A stretch of DNA of 64,000 bases from Dimorphilus gyrociliatus (taxonomy: Eukaryota; Animalia; Annelida). Every line of letters begins with the position of its first letter. Position 1 is the first letter of the stretch. Below the pieces are notes generated by a model. That model ran no database searches and had not been told where the DNA came from. It worked only from the letters and a program-made list of their open reading frames with translations. The translations under genes were made by a program, and so were the position numbers. The stretch is from NCBI GenBank assembly GCA_904063045.1, contig CAJFCJ010000019.1:2061700-2125699 (forward strand), given 5' to 3'. This document shows, one piece after another, positions 49,544-63,286 of the stretch.

Positions 49544-52500
49544 TTAGGTGTTTCTTAAACGAAACAACATTAAACGATTTGATTGGTAGGCATGTTGACC
49601 AATTATTACCATTTGTTGCCGATCTTTACTGATTATTAAATCGTTTGGTAAGTAATGAATAAATGTTGTACAAATTGGTTTATCGGGTTTGGAGAGAGAC
49701 CATACTTTTACTATAAAATCACTACCAGCAGTGACTATAACTTGGCTATCGCTACTGACCGCAACACAGCGAACTGAATTTGGTTTATGTGCGTTGATAG
49801 AGTATAAGAGAGCATCGTTATCCAAATCCCAACACGATACACCACCATTAGACGCACCACATATTAAATATTTTCCATCGTCGGAATGTTTCATGCAGTT
49901 TATTAGCGATCCTTCGTGATTGTGTAATGATGGATTTCTTGTATCCTTAACTGTTTCATCTTCGCATAGATTACCTTCGTATTCGCACGTAGAAACGTCC
50001 CACAATTGAATATCCCCATTTAGTCCTGTAGACGCAGCTAAGCCGTTCTTTAGAACGATTGTAGAAGTTGGTGAATATGAATCGTACGATTGACCTCTAA
50101 GGAAATCGTAGGCGTTAAAAGAATTCTGACCATATTTAAAGGATATATATGAATAATTTGAAGCTTTCTTTTCCGGTTGATTACGTCCTACAATTGATAG
50201 GCCATCGGCGGTTAATTGCATTTCGGTAATGATCGCGTGAGTTTTTAGACAAAACTTCTTTAGAATTTCTCCAGTTGAAACTAAGATTACTTGAAAAATC
50301 GCCTCTGCATGAGTGTTTGAAGATGATACTATTACCCTCTCTTTCTCTGGCGTTAGAACGCAACTTGTTGCAAAGATGTCCTCTTCACGGCTAATTGGTT
50401 CGCCGGAAGGAAATTTCCAAACCTATAAAAGTATCCAATAGCATTAATAGCAAGATATTTTAGCTTTACTTTTAAAAAAAACTGTCCATTTACCTGATAC
50501 ATATAGTTGTGCGGATATTTAGATTTTGTTCTCTCATTAGTAGTTAGACCTACTAAATATTGGTCGGAAACTGCCAAGGTTATCCACTCTGTTCCTTTGT
50601 CAATGGGCTCGTTATGCTTTTGAAAACTCTTTACATATAGACCTGGAAAAGGCCAATCTATTTAAATTAGGCCTACCTTAATTCTAAGTTTACTCTTTTT
50701 AATTAATGAAGGCTGATTATTTACACATTCGAAATTTAAATTTCGATTCAAGCTTGCAATGAGAGAAAATGATTGGTTTTTAAATCAGAAGAGAAATCTA
50801 TTATTAAGATGTTTAACATTTATCAGAGGTGATATTAAAGGGAGAGTAGCATTCTTTAGAGATCAATATGAATCTTCGAGATCTTATCTGCCTAAAACGG
50901 ATTTAATTCATCAAATAGAGGAGAAGAATAATAAAAATGATAATGAACCAGTTCTTTACGAACCATCCGATATCCTTTTATTAACAAATATTGAATTTCT
51001 GACGATTGATACGTTCTTTGAACGACTATACGATTTGGCAGAAGGTTGCAGTATTCGAGTATTTCAGGGAAGCGGAATATTTAGATCTATTGATGATGGA
51101 ATATCGCAATTGAAGAGAAGGAAGGATATTATATCTGATAGTCGAACTGCCCTTGGATTAGCTCATTCTAAGAAAAGGGATAGATACAGCTTCGGTGAAA
51201 AGGTAAAAAGTTATAAAGAATTAGACTTTTAGCGACACCTAATGGGTTTTTTTTTCATCTTTTTCATAGTTAAATAGGCAGGTTCACGAGTATATGAAAG
51301 TGGTTTTAACATTTTATGATAAGGATCAACATTCATTGGACGAAGATATAAGGAGGGTGGGTTTCCAATGCACGGCTTCAGAGTATGAAAAAGTAAATCT
51401 TAACGATTTAGAGGAATCTATCATATCTGATTCAGATAAAGAAGATACATTTTCAGGATCCTACAAAAGTTCAAGTAAGTACTCCCATTTTGAATCTTTC
51501 TCTTCTCTCTAACTAATATTCTTTTCTATTAATTGAAAGGAAGCGATTGGATGGATTCAAATCTCGTTCAGAACAATGTTGTCTTCTCTAAGAGGTACCA
51601 TTACAGAAGAATTGAAGAACAGGATGAAGAAAAATATCAATATCATTTTCCAATTAAAGAATGGTTAGTTTTGGACGATAATGAAATCAATGAACACGTA
51701 TGCAGTCCACCAAAAGATCCTACTGATTCAATACCTTTAGGGAAACATTCGAGTTTAGTCTTCGAAAGTCAAGTTGTACCAAGACTTATCAAATCTTCTC
51801 TAACATCGTATAGAAAGAAGGAAAATCATAAAAATCATTCACCGGAGCAATCTTTAACGAATTCTTTGTCCAAAATGAAAAAGCTATCACTTTTGAATAA
51901 AGCCGAATTGTACATTAAGACAAAAAACAAATCCATTGGAATGAAGGAGATGTATCACGATTGGAGTGAAATACTCGACGAAGCCGTAAAACTAGGCTCA
52001 TCGTTCTATCATCGACCTTCAACATCAGGCGAAATCTATTCAATAAATTCCAAAAATTCCGGAATAACACCATCAACTTACCAAAAGGGAATTAATTTGA
52101 AAATAAGAGAGAGAGAAGAAGGTGAAAGGGACGCAAGCCAAAATAATAATTTATCAGTAAGAGTTCTCAAGAGAATGAAAGGAATGCATAACTTTAGTAG
52201 AATATCTAAAAATTATAGCTCTCATAGATTACGATGCTTTTGCGTAAAACGATTAAGAGAGCAGGAACACCTCAGAGCTATTGGATACTGTAAGGATATG
52301 GCGGTAGACGAAATCGAGCAAATCAGACCAAAAAGTGAAACTAAACGGGTAAACTGCGCAAAAAAATTACTTGAAAAAGATAAGTTAAAGAGAAAGTCGA
52401 TTGGTCCTATGCCAGTTAATTTACCCAGCATTTCAACGCCAACCACCTCTGGACGCATGTCAGTACTCAACGATGAGTGCGATGGCTTTCAATTTACCTC

Positions 52501-55500
52501 ATATCTAAGGGATTGTATGGAGAGAATTGAGATAAGAGAAGAGCTTATCATTTTTCAGAGTGGAAATGGAAATAAAAGGAAAATTGAGAAAACATTTACT
52601 TTTACAAAAAAGCCAGAATTACTATCAAGATTAAATGCTAAAACAAACCTTCTTCGCAAGACCATAAACTAGGTGGTGCTGAATAATGTCCAGCAACACA
52701 GAAACGACTATCCGAAGATAAGATAACGTTACTGACGCCCAAAGTGTGAACATTCTCAACGGTTTCTTCTTCACAGCGCTTCGCTTCATCTAAGAAAACG
52801 AAAACAAGTGACTATTTTATTCTATAACTAACTATTCGTAAATAATCAGAGAGCAGACCTCTTTGTTGAATATAGGCCTTTTCATAAATATAACCAGAAA
52901 AATCCCATTTTATAGTAACGCCTTCATTTTGACAACAAGTAAATATAATTCCATTTTCGCCATTGAAAACATTCTTTAATGGCTTTGAGTGGGCGTATAT
53001 TGAAAAAACTTGATTTCCATCTTTAGTGAGATCAAATAGAATCATCTTAGAAGTTTCCTCGAATGCAACAATGATAAAATGATGGAACTGCTTGAAATAT
53101 TTGGGTGTTTCTTCTTTAGAGCAATTGAATTTAAGTATTGATTGAGTAGTTTGCTTGTTAACTATCCATTCGGTTACGAATCCATTAGTGTCGTTTGAAC
53201 TGAGTGTGCGGATAGCTGGTTTGATTAGGCAACTTTCGCGTACTTCATTCTTTTCAGTTAGGGTAACTTCATTGACTTTAGTACCATTTTTAGCATCTAC
53301 TACAGTTATACTATCATCCTTCCAAACAATAATACATAAGTTTTCATCGTATTTTGTAAGTATTTCCAATCTGCGATGGCCCAATTGCAGCTTATTTATA
53401 TATTTCTTCGATTGGATATCATAGATAAAAAGGGTTTTAATATCAACGTTAACGCCTTCCTCAATTTCCGTTGTCCTTCCTACAAGCCAGACTACGATGT
53501 TCTTATCGTTCATGATACACGCGCTATCCATGTAGAATTCATCTTTAACGTCGTACTGAGAGAATTTTGCACAAATTGTTCCTTTCTCCAATTCAATTAA
53601 ATGTATAGATTGATTGAAATCATCATCTGAGCCGTGCAAAATAACCAATTCAAAATCGTCGCTAAATCCCATAATATCGACGCTGGTGATACTCTCACTT
53701 AGTAAATCTTCACCATTAACATCGTGGATAAGTTTTAACGTTTCGGCGTCGAATAGTTTTAACCGACGATTAGACGTCATAACGAAACTTCTATTGAAGC
53801 TTGTAAAGACATTTCTAGATGTTTTATCGAAGCGAACATTCAATGGATCTACACTTTCATTTTCGCGTAAGTCATATGTTCCAACCGAATTATCTTTGTA
53901 GACGACAGTAAGGTGTTGGTCGTGTTTCCCAAGAATATCCGTAACGGTATATAAGTACGAGTGTAAAGGAGATGCTGGAGGATGGAAACATGTTGTTGTG
54001 GGTACAACACTGGCTTTGGGAGTAGAATCATACTCGTTCAACGTTTCATTAATAATCTTCTTTAGGTTCGGATAAAACTCCAATATTCTACTATCTTTGA
54101 ACAGTCCAATAAGCTGTGGGCGAATATCAGTAGAATTCTTCTTTAAAGCTGTATGCGCTATCTCAAGAAAACGTTCTAATAGACCTATCTCCTCGTCCGA
54201 ATAAATATCCATTTTATTTATCATATTAAGAACGATATCATAGCCAAATTCTTTCAAACTCTCTTCTAACCAGCTAAGATTATATAGGCAATGCTTTTTC
54301 AACTCTTGTATTCCTCTACCAGAGGAGGAGATGAAAGTTGGCAAAGCAATCAAATACCTAACGTTACGAACTTGAGGCGAAACTCTACGCTTAGCCTTCT
54401 CGATGTTAATAGAGGAATATTTTAGGGATTGAATGATAGTAGTACTATCATTGACTAAATTTTCGTATAATACTGTTGCGGTATTTTGCAGTTGAGAATC
54501 AGTCGGTAGGTAACGGTTTTTTCCAATATCGATGAATATTTGATGAGTGAAAATGTAAATTGCAGTTTTGCATCTATTTACCCTTTGTAAAACAATATCG
54601 TCGAGTTCATTGAGAAGTCTTATAAGATAGATTAATGGAAATTGAATTGTTCCATCTGCATGAGTTATTGGAACACCTCCATAGATCTCCTCTAGTACGG
54701 AATCGGATCTTGTTAATCCATCTTGTAATTCAGTAATACTTAATCCGATATTCGAGGAGGCGATTAGAAATTGAAATACTCTATTAGTTAACGATCTGCC
54801 GTATTGCCTTTCAAAATTTGAATACAATTTTACTGTGGCGTCTTTAATCGTTTTAAATAAAAGACCAGTTGATTGATTAGCCGTAGATATCCATCTAAAA
54901 GAATCCATTATTTGTAGTTTAACGTAGAAAGGACCTTCATTTTCAATGCAACCTTTAATTAATTTACTCTTTTGATCTTCTGTTAATTTCTTATCAAAAT
55001 CTCTTAGGGAATTATCAACCATTGATGAAATATCATCTTCCGATAAATTCAAAGGAACGGTAACAAAGGAACTTGGAGGTAAAGTTTGAATAAGTTTCTT
55101 TTTAAAATTATTTGAAGTACAAGCTATAATAAGTCGAATCCTGTCTGGAAGTATCAACGGAATCCATTTAATAGATTCACTTATAAGATCAGGAGAATCG
55201 ATAAATATAAATAGTGGGCATTCTTGAGAATTCCACTTACTGATTTGTGATAAAAGGGAGTTAAACTGATATCTTATTGAATTAATTGTCTGGAACTCTT
55301 CGGAACTTTGCAGATTGTAAGCAACGCATATTTGATTAATAATACTGATTAGCAGAGATTTTAGAGAGCTGCTTTCTAATGTATAGTTGATGAATCTAAC
55401 TATAACAACTCCACTACTATTATCTCCAGCTCTTTTGGCAGACTCGGCTAGTACGGAAGATTTTCCTGAGAGTTTACCACCGTCAATGATTAATGGGTAT

Positions 55501-58093
55501 TTATATAATTCCTGATTATTTAAATAGTTTTCAATATCTTCCATAAGTTGATCCCTTCCTCCGAAGCCTCTTGAATAGCTACCAGCCAGTCTGCAATGTT
55601 GAAGGGCTTCGTTATAAATTTTAAAATGTTTATGGGTCGTTATTGATTTTTGATCAGTTGGTTTTTGAATAAGATTCTTCATATCCTTAAGAAAATCATC
55701 TTTGAATCTTTGCCTATAATTGACAATCTCTTCGTTTTGACTTTGAAAAATTTCATCTTCTTTCCATACTATTTCGTATTGTCTAAAATTATCAACATCT
55801 TTCATTGACTCTGCAATTTTCTCAACCATATCGTTTCTTTTCGCCTCAACTCTCTTATCTGACGATAAGGAACCATTTACCATTGTTACATCCGTATATT
55901 TAAAAGCTTTCCGGGAGCCTATTAAACTTTCCTTTAAATCCGTTATTTGCCTAATATAGCAGAGAGATCTATCTTTGGCCGATGGTTCATCATAAACAAC
56001 TTGCGATACTGCCATTTCTAATACTGATTGATTTAAGGAGTTAAACTCTTCCGTAGTCAATTTTTTCTTTTTCAAAGCCATCTCTACTAGATGGCGTAGT
56101 TTGTCTGTTAAAGTTTTAATTCTACTTAAATCCTTATCGACATTCTCCTGATAAAAGAGATAAAGAGTAAAATATTTAATAGACCTATAACAGTGATAGT
56201 AAATAAAAAATATCCACTTTTAATTCATAACGAGGAGGTATAACATTCTCATTCAGATCGTAGCTTTCCTTTAAGATAGAAACATCATCACCCAATTCCT
56301 CAAGGGATAGTAGGGCTTCCATATGAGATTTCTCAACGGAAGACCTAACCGGAGGGTTACCATAGCGATCCCCAATCAAAGCCTATTAAAAGGAAAAGAG
56401 AAAGAATCAAAGAAAGAGGAAAAGATAAGATAAATTATCTTGTACAAGATGTAAAAAGGCACGATAAGCAGTAATAAAATTAATAATACTAACAACAAAA
56501 TAAGGGCCAGCCGATTGTCTTTTACACTTTTCAATTTCATTTAACAATAAATCACTAGTTATTAATTTGATTGTTGATTCTTCAGTCAAATTACTTCTTA
56601 TATCAATTAACTCTAAATGTAATTGCTGTTCATTGCAGTACTCTAATAATTCAGGATAAATCGAATCGGTTAAAATAGATCTTTCAGCTCCCATATCTAA
56701 AAAAAGTTATAAAATAAATCTTTATCATGAATTATTCCAGCGTTGATGTTATATAATCATACCGGAACCGGTAGCTGCAATAAATAATCTAACGGTGGTT
56801 GATACATCGTTGGGTACGTCGTTCAAATCGCCTTTGATTACTCTCATGATATTGGCCGCTTGTTTACTATTGACGGAGAGAGCTCTTCCCCTTTTTGCTA
56901 TATTTATAATTGATATACAATATGAATAATTTAATCTAAACAATTGAATATTCTAGCCGCCTACATCTAGATTTATGCTTCTTTTTTCGGACTGTTGAAG
57001 TTAACGCAAGTCTAGGCTTTCTCATTAAATTAGACGTTTGTTGTCCCTGATTGGGAACGCTAGCAGAGCTAGACGTCATACTAGCATATTCGCTGATTGA
57101 TGCTCCATCGTAATCGACACTGTCATCGTCGTCGTCACTCTTCGAATGCGACGCAAATGTAACTCTTGGTATTGCTAGACAATAGGAATTATATTCAAAA
57201 GAGAACATTAATAATAAAAAACTAGAATGATGGATCTCCAAAAAATTAAAGCAAAGAGCTTACCAGGTTTTTTTAAGGAGGTTGGTTGTATGATATATTT
57301 ATCCGAGTCGGGTGGCTCTTGGAGGGCTTGAAGGAATTTACTTTCCATTTCACCACCGGTAGTATGAGGTCTATATTCATCTGTTTTTGCGTTGAATATA
57401 CCACAAACAAAATCTGCATAGGAGGTATGAGGTCGACGAAGTTGGTACGATTGTGGTTTCGTTCTATTATATAAAGTTCCGGGAAGCACTTCCAGACGAG
57501 GTCCTCTTCTATTTAACTGAAATATTATAAATCAAAATAATACTGTATAAATTTCAAAGGCCTCAAAGTCCTTTTTTTAATGGAGGAAAGAATTAATCTA
57601 ATTGAAAATTTAAAGCTTACGTCGCCTAATTGCCTTATAGCCGGATTAGAACAGAGCCAAGCCTCCGCTGTTATGTGGTGAAAAGATTAGAATTTATAGG
57701 CCTTTCATAAAAGAATAAACGCGGTAGTCAAAGTCAATATTTTTTCGCTTTTATTCATTTTCAATAAAGTCCTTCGTACACTTAAAAACTAACCTAAATT
57801 GCTCCTTTGCCTTCGTATGGGTATTGGAGGAAGAAGCTGTAAAAAGTAAACTATAGGGTTGTGTAATTAAATATAGATATATATTGGGAAGACAAAGAGA
57901 TAGAAAATCTGTGGGTATATTTTTGCGGGAGCGAGAAAGAGAGAAAGGGAAAAGATAGATGTATATTATAGATATAGTATCTTACCCTGCTAACATCATT
58001 TCCATGACATATCATCAATTCATGATTAATTATAGAACGTCTGTACAATTTATTCAAATCAGTCGAATCTAAACTTAAGTGTACTTTATCCAT
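49544..58093 (-). CDS. DUF4062-like + NACHT/STAND NTPase + WD40 protein (NWD1/NWD2-like)
   Basis: Approximate exons: 58093-57986, 57836-57794, 57667-57621, 57516-57264, 57174-56964, 56897-56763, 56697-56494, 56382-56218, 56147-52859, 52789-52649, 50642-50494 and 50422-49544. VRLFIA...DMGAERSIL...YPEL..YC, SAGPYFV.LIGDRYG, Walker A GGKLSGKSS, Walker B FIFIDSPD, and WD repeats (GDIQLWD, GGVSCWD, VRCVAVSSDSQVIVTAGSDFIVKVWS). Confidence 0.85.
50759..52672 (+). CDS. Nested antisense orphan gene, about 589 aa, inside intron 52648-50643 of the NWD-like gene
   Basis: Exons 50759-51202, 51282-51474 and 51540-52672 join in frame through GT-AG introns (1,770 nt). GGCCAATC box about 50651. No family recognised. 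Confidence 0.75.
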
Positions 58094-59380
58094 TTTGATT
58101 TCAATATTCAATTAAACATGCTCTATTCTCCTCAACAAATACTTTATGCAGCACATTTATAAGTTGATATTTGTATCCAATCAATATAAAAAGCTTACTA
58201 TGGCTAGCTTTACTTCTTCATAATCCACTTGTAGTTCGTGTTGTAGTGATTTTAATATTACTTGTTACTAACTAGACAGACGAAGCATAAACTAGTCTTT
58301 TCCTCTTTAATAATTCAATTGATATATAAATATATATATAGTTTAATATATATTTATATTATATATCAAATATGTGGATATAGTTTTTTATTCAAAACTC
58401 GACCAATCGTCAACTATTCACTTATAATTCATTTTTATCTGTCTCATCAGTCAAATCTTTATTGATTTTCCTATCGAATATAGACGATTGCTAAACTTAG
58501 CCATTCGAAATTCAGAGGGCGCTAATTCTTCTAAAATATTATGTCACGTGATAAAACTTTTTTCCAATTAAGAGTAGAAAACTAATAGAGCGCTTTCTTA
58601 TAATCAATTTTAAAGATGAAGATTTGAATGAGAGAAAGGAAGAGAAGATTTAAAAAAAATGAAATTCTAATAAGAATATATAATGAATGCCTTTTCTAAT
58701 AGACAATTTTTAACACATAAGAGCTAGATTTGAACAAGTTCAATAAATAAATGCTCTTTAATTGTTACTTCGTCTCCTAGGTAATACTAATATACTACTA
58801 ACATATCATAAATACGTATTTCTTTGGACACCTTTCAAAGTCAGAGTAAATTTATAAAAACAAGCAGGAACTCCTCTAAAGTAAAAGTAGAGAAACTTCT
58901 CAAAGATCTGAGTCTTTGTTATCTTATTCATGGTAAAGTTTACGCAATGAAAACAAATTAGATCGTATTTAAACTAATCGAACTATTTAATGTTGTAATT
59001 ATTAGCAAATCGTATTTAATGATTCATTTTAGAAATAGCATTTAAACAGACTAATATAGCAATTGTTGCAATTGTTAGTAGAAATGAAAAGTTTATTAAA
59101 GATTCCCGTAGCAAAACAGTACCATGAATATAACAAAAGTAAAAGTAACATTATCGCTTGACACCAAAAAAAAAAAAAAAAAGAAAACTTTGAAATTTCA
59201 TTAATGAAATATTTTGTTTCTATTGATATTAAGGATGATTATAGCGCTCGATTATTATTATTATTATTATTATTAGTTAGTCACAAGTGGAATATTTAAT
59301 CAATTTTCGGATTACTCTTGAAAATGTCTAAGAGAAAATACAAGTATACATTTAAATACTGTTCGTAATCTTCTCTTCTA

Positions 59381-62300
59381 TTACTTTGGACTAGTTTCGG
59401 ATTCAGGTTTTTTTACAGTATCTGCCCGCTTTTCCGGAGTGGCAACGTTCGTCTCCGGTGTTTCATTTTTTTCAATTGAAGATTTATTTTCATATAATTT
59501 AGCGTGCTCCGAATCCCCTCCTTTTACATCCTCCTCTTTTACCTATTTGAAATAAAATTATTATTTGTTTATCCGTTATAGATCGTGCTTGAATTGAAGT
59601 TTACCTGAATTCTATATTTATATATAGGCTCTGTCGATAAGATCTTTCCTGAACTAAGGAGAAAAGTTCTTCCCTTCATTCCCTCCTTTGGGGGAGGACT
59701 CCACCAATTCATTAGAGACGATACTAATGGAACCTGTCGTAGAACTCCCTCTGAAGCCAGTTTCTTTTGGTGTTCTTCGACCAGCTCTAGTTCAGCTTTT
59801 TCGATGCCTTGCTTAACAACATCGGCCATAATTTCTAGATATCTACTGGCCTCCTCAACTTCTTTGGCCTTAGAGACAACTAAGCCCACTAATTCCTCCA
59901 AATCGGTTGCATTTGTTACTAAACCAAAACGAACACAGGCTGTTTGAAGATTGTCAAAACCTAAACTGAAAGCTGTATCACGAGATTTTAACTCGTGGAC
60001 CAAACCAATATTCAGAGTATTAATATTTTTCATATCGTCGTCAGACCACTGCCTATTCAAATAGCCATCAGGAACATATTGAACTGCTCCCAAACCAGCC
60101 CAATTTTGAACCTTAATTAAATTTAAATTCGCATAAGTTGACACTACCCTGTCAAATTCTTTGCGCATCTCAATGGTGGCATTCAATATTGGAAGTTGGC
60201 GTTCTATACAGGCAACTAAGGCATCGATATCGCCTGTAGTTGTACCCATTGCATGAGCCGTTTCAAGTGGAGCGAATCTGATACAAGCACCAGCAGCTTC
60301 AACATCAACAGCCGAAAGGAACACTTTGCCTATCTCTCTCTTAATAGTTTCCACAAGCCAAATATTCAAAGAGTGTAAATAAGATATTGAGTCATCATTA
60401 TTTTCTTTTAGAGCATTCTTAATTTCTTTATCATTAGCTTTATCTGCTTCCCTAATTTTTTCCTTCTTTTCCCTCTCTCTCTCCTTTTCCTTACCTTTTT
60501 CAACTAAATAAAATCAATAAATATTTGATAAATATTAAAATAACGTTCATACCTTCTTTCTCACTACTAGACGACGTCAGATCGGGATAGTATTGAAATA
60601 CAACCGTTGGATTTTCAATTTCAAATGTAACCTTTTTTTAAAAAAAATTATTAAATTATTATGTCGTTCGTTTCTAGTTTCGTTTTTGAAATTAATCAAA
60701 CAATCAACTACGGGATGAAAGTTAAAGGATAAAAAGGCTGTAGTGAATTTATACTAAAGCAAAAATTAATAGTTTTTCGTTTGTTTTGTTCGTTTTTTAG
60801 TGAGAGATAAACATATAATCCAACTTACTAAAGCATTTATTGCCTTAGTAACCAGTTGCTTTGCAACACCACCAATCGAGTCAGGCATCTCATTCTTCTC
60901 CTCTTCGGATGACGCTCTCTTACTCTATATTTTGTATAATAGTCGCAATAAATAAATAAGAACCATCACCATTTGAATAAAAACAACAACAAAACCTTAC
61001 CAAATGTCGTATTTGCTTCAGCTTGTTTAATTTTTCAACAAGGTAATTAGCCTATTATGACGTGTCATAAAAATTAGTATGAATAATAAAACTATCAAAA
61101 AATTATGATGACTCACTAATGTGACAGCTCCCTGAACACGTTCAACCATACCTTCGTGTCCCATTTCTTGGAGACACATCCATAAGCCGAGACAACACAA
61201 TCTTGATTTGTTTGTAACTTGAATCAGGCCGGCTGCATGAGAATCATTTGGATCTTGCTCTTTATATAGAACAACGTGCGGAATTAGCGGTAAACCAAAC
61301 CAAGAAGATAAATTCAAGCTGATACTATCTCCAGTTTTTGCAGAGTTTATGGAAGTCGGGACACTATATAGTACAAGAGTAGCTAGATTAGCTCCTTCAA
61401 CGTGTAACCAGATATTGTGTTTAGAGCAAATATCCTGCATTTTACCAATATCGTCTACATGTCCTATTAGTGGGGTCCCAGCATAACAAATCACAAGAGT
61501 TGGACAACGATTTTCCTTTTGATCTTCGGCAATTGCCTTTTCCAAAAGAGAAATATCCATCTTGTTCTGAGCGCCAACCTTTTTAGTACAGGGGATTGTA
61601 TTAACGCACCATAATGGTAAAGATAGCTGGGCACAGAGATATTGAGCCAACCCTGGACGTGCTGCTGCCGAAATGTAAATGACAGGTGGTTTATTTACAA
61701 GAGCATCAAATCCATCGCTTGTTAGAGAGGGAAACTTTTTCAATAAGCTTAATCTACTAATTCTTACTAAACATTCACGTTCATCTTCGTTAAAGTATGC
61801 TGTCCCATTGTCGAAACGAAACAATCTGCATAGCCAACGAGTTGTATCGGTGAGAATAGTACTTGTTAAATGACGGAGATGATTTGGCTCGAAAAGAGAA
61901 ATATACGAAGCAACACTCTGAGAAAGGACGGCGAGTTCAGCAACGCCATCGACTTCACGCTGTCTTGGCTTTATCAAACGATTTACGTCGAAATCTTTTG
62001 CGTAATTCTCGTATATAATTAAATTCTCTAAATGTTTAAAGATATCATTCCTTGGTAGACCTCTGTTTTTATAATAAAACTCGGTTGATATTAAGCAAAA
62101 CATACTTGGAATATCCTTACTTTCCCCTCAGTTCTTCGGGTACATGTTTACTTAGTCTTTCTCTCTTTCGCTCCTCTCTCTCATCCTCCCATTTTCTATT
62201 CAAATATTTGACCGGTAAAATTCCATTTAATTAGTTAATAAATGATTATATTACTTGTTAATTCTATCCAATATTTCATTATTTTCATTAACCTTCTCTT

Positions 62301-62541
62301 CTAAAGTTGCCAGCATAGGATTCATGAAGCTCTTTAATAAAAATAACACACAATAACAAAAAAATTCAAAACAGTTTCAACTCTTTACCTTGTAAAATTT
62401 CTTTTCCAAAACATTGTTGAACTCTGTGTCAGGTTTTTTGGAATTCGTCAGCAACGGTGCCTTAGCGTCTTCTACTTTTCCACTACTTTCCTGTTGTTTT
62501 GAGGCAGTTTTTTCCAAATTTTTCCCATTTTCTGCGGCCAT
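59381..62541 (-). CDS. PDXDC1: Pyridoxal-dependent decarboxylase domain-containing protein 1
   Basis: Exons 62541-62389, 62331-62255, 62195-62121, 62062-61117, 61051-61001, 60924-60829, 60631-60553, 60503-59605 and 59543-59381. LSQSVASYIS, TRWLCRLFRF, KPPVIYISAAARPGL.QYLC.QL.LP, WLHVEGANLATL, CIRFAPL, and EGVLRQVPLVSSLMNWWSP..GRTF.LSSG. Confidence 0.93.
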
Positions 62542-63286
62542 TTTTACACGCTGGCAGCGTCTAGCAGAATACAATCTAACAAAACTCCTAAAATTAGTTC
62601 TATCACTTTACGACACTATTCATTAAGTTTGTTAAATAAGTCTTGATTGGAATAGGTAGTATACAGATCGCTGATTGGTTGGAGTCAACACAAAAATTTC
62701 ATTTAAAGCGCAAACATTTTTGCGTTAATGTTATCAAAAGAGAACAATCTATATCAATTCCGAAATCAATTAAATGTATTAAATAATGGTGGGTTTAACC
62801 CAAAAATATCAACACATTTACATTCTTAAGTTTCGATGTGAAACAATTAAAATTGTACTATTTATTACTTTGTTTGTTTAATAAGTGCTTTTGAATCTTC
62901 TACCCCTGATTATTGAAGTTTTAATAGCAACTTAAACTTAATTCAGTAAAAGAAAAGTCTTTATTCAAACTGAAATTAGATTAATCGACGACCAACAACA
63001 AATTGCAGCGACATCTTTTATTATTGATTAATGGAACTGAATCACCTGAAGACTTTGTTAAGTTTATTGTTTAATCACAGTGTTTCAATCGCATCATCAC
63101 CGTTTAGGGTAATTATCTTAAAATTTTAATTTCCATTTGTTTTTTACATATTGATTTCGTGACTAATCGTAGAGTTTGCGAACTTAAATGTTAAGAATAC
63201 TTGAGCGATAATGTAGTAATGTTAGTCTATAATTTTAGCTTTCAGTATTACTGCTAATATTTGAAATAGTTGGCGGTTATATAAAT

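Noticed and set aside
58318-58350. Palindromic AT-rich stretch upstream of the NWD-like gene, possible MITE or hairpin
   Set aside because: Low-complexity TA sequence that is self-complementary by composition, with no terminal inverted repeats or target-site duplication.
614-62626. Many short ORFs in the track antisense to real exons (for example 614, 4937, 10033, 10097, 17886, 19669, 22767, 24163, 30263, 30512, 31182, 40417, 43535, 46305, 49689, 52222, 53155-54031, 57286, 61679, 62414)
   Set aside because: Antisense or alternative-frame shadows of well-supported genes, with no independent splice or homology support.
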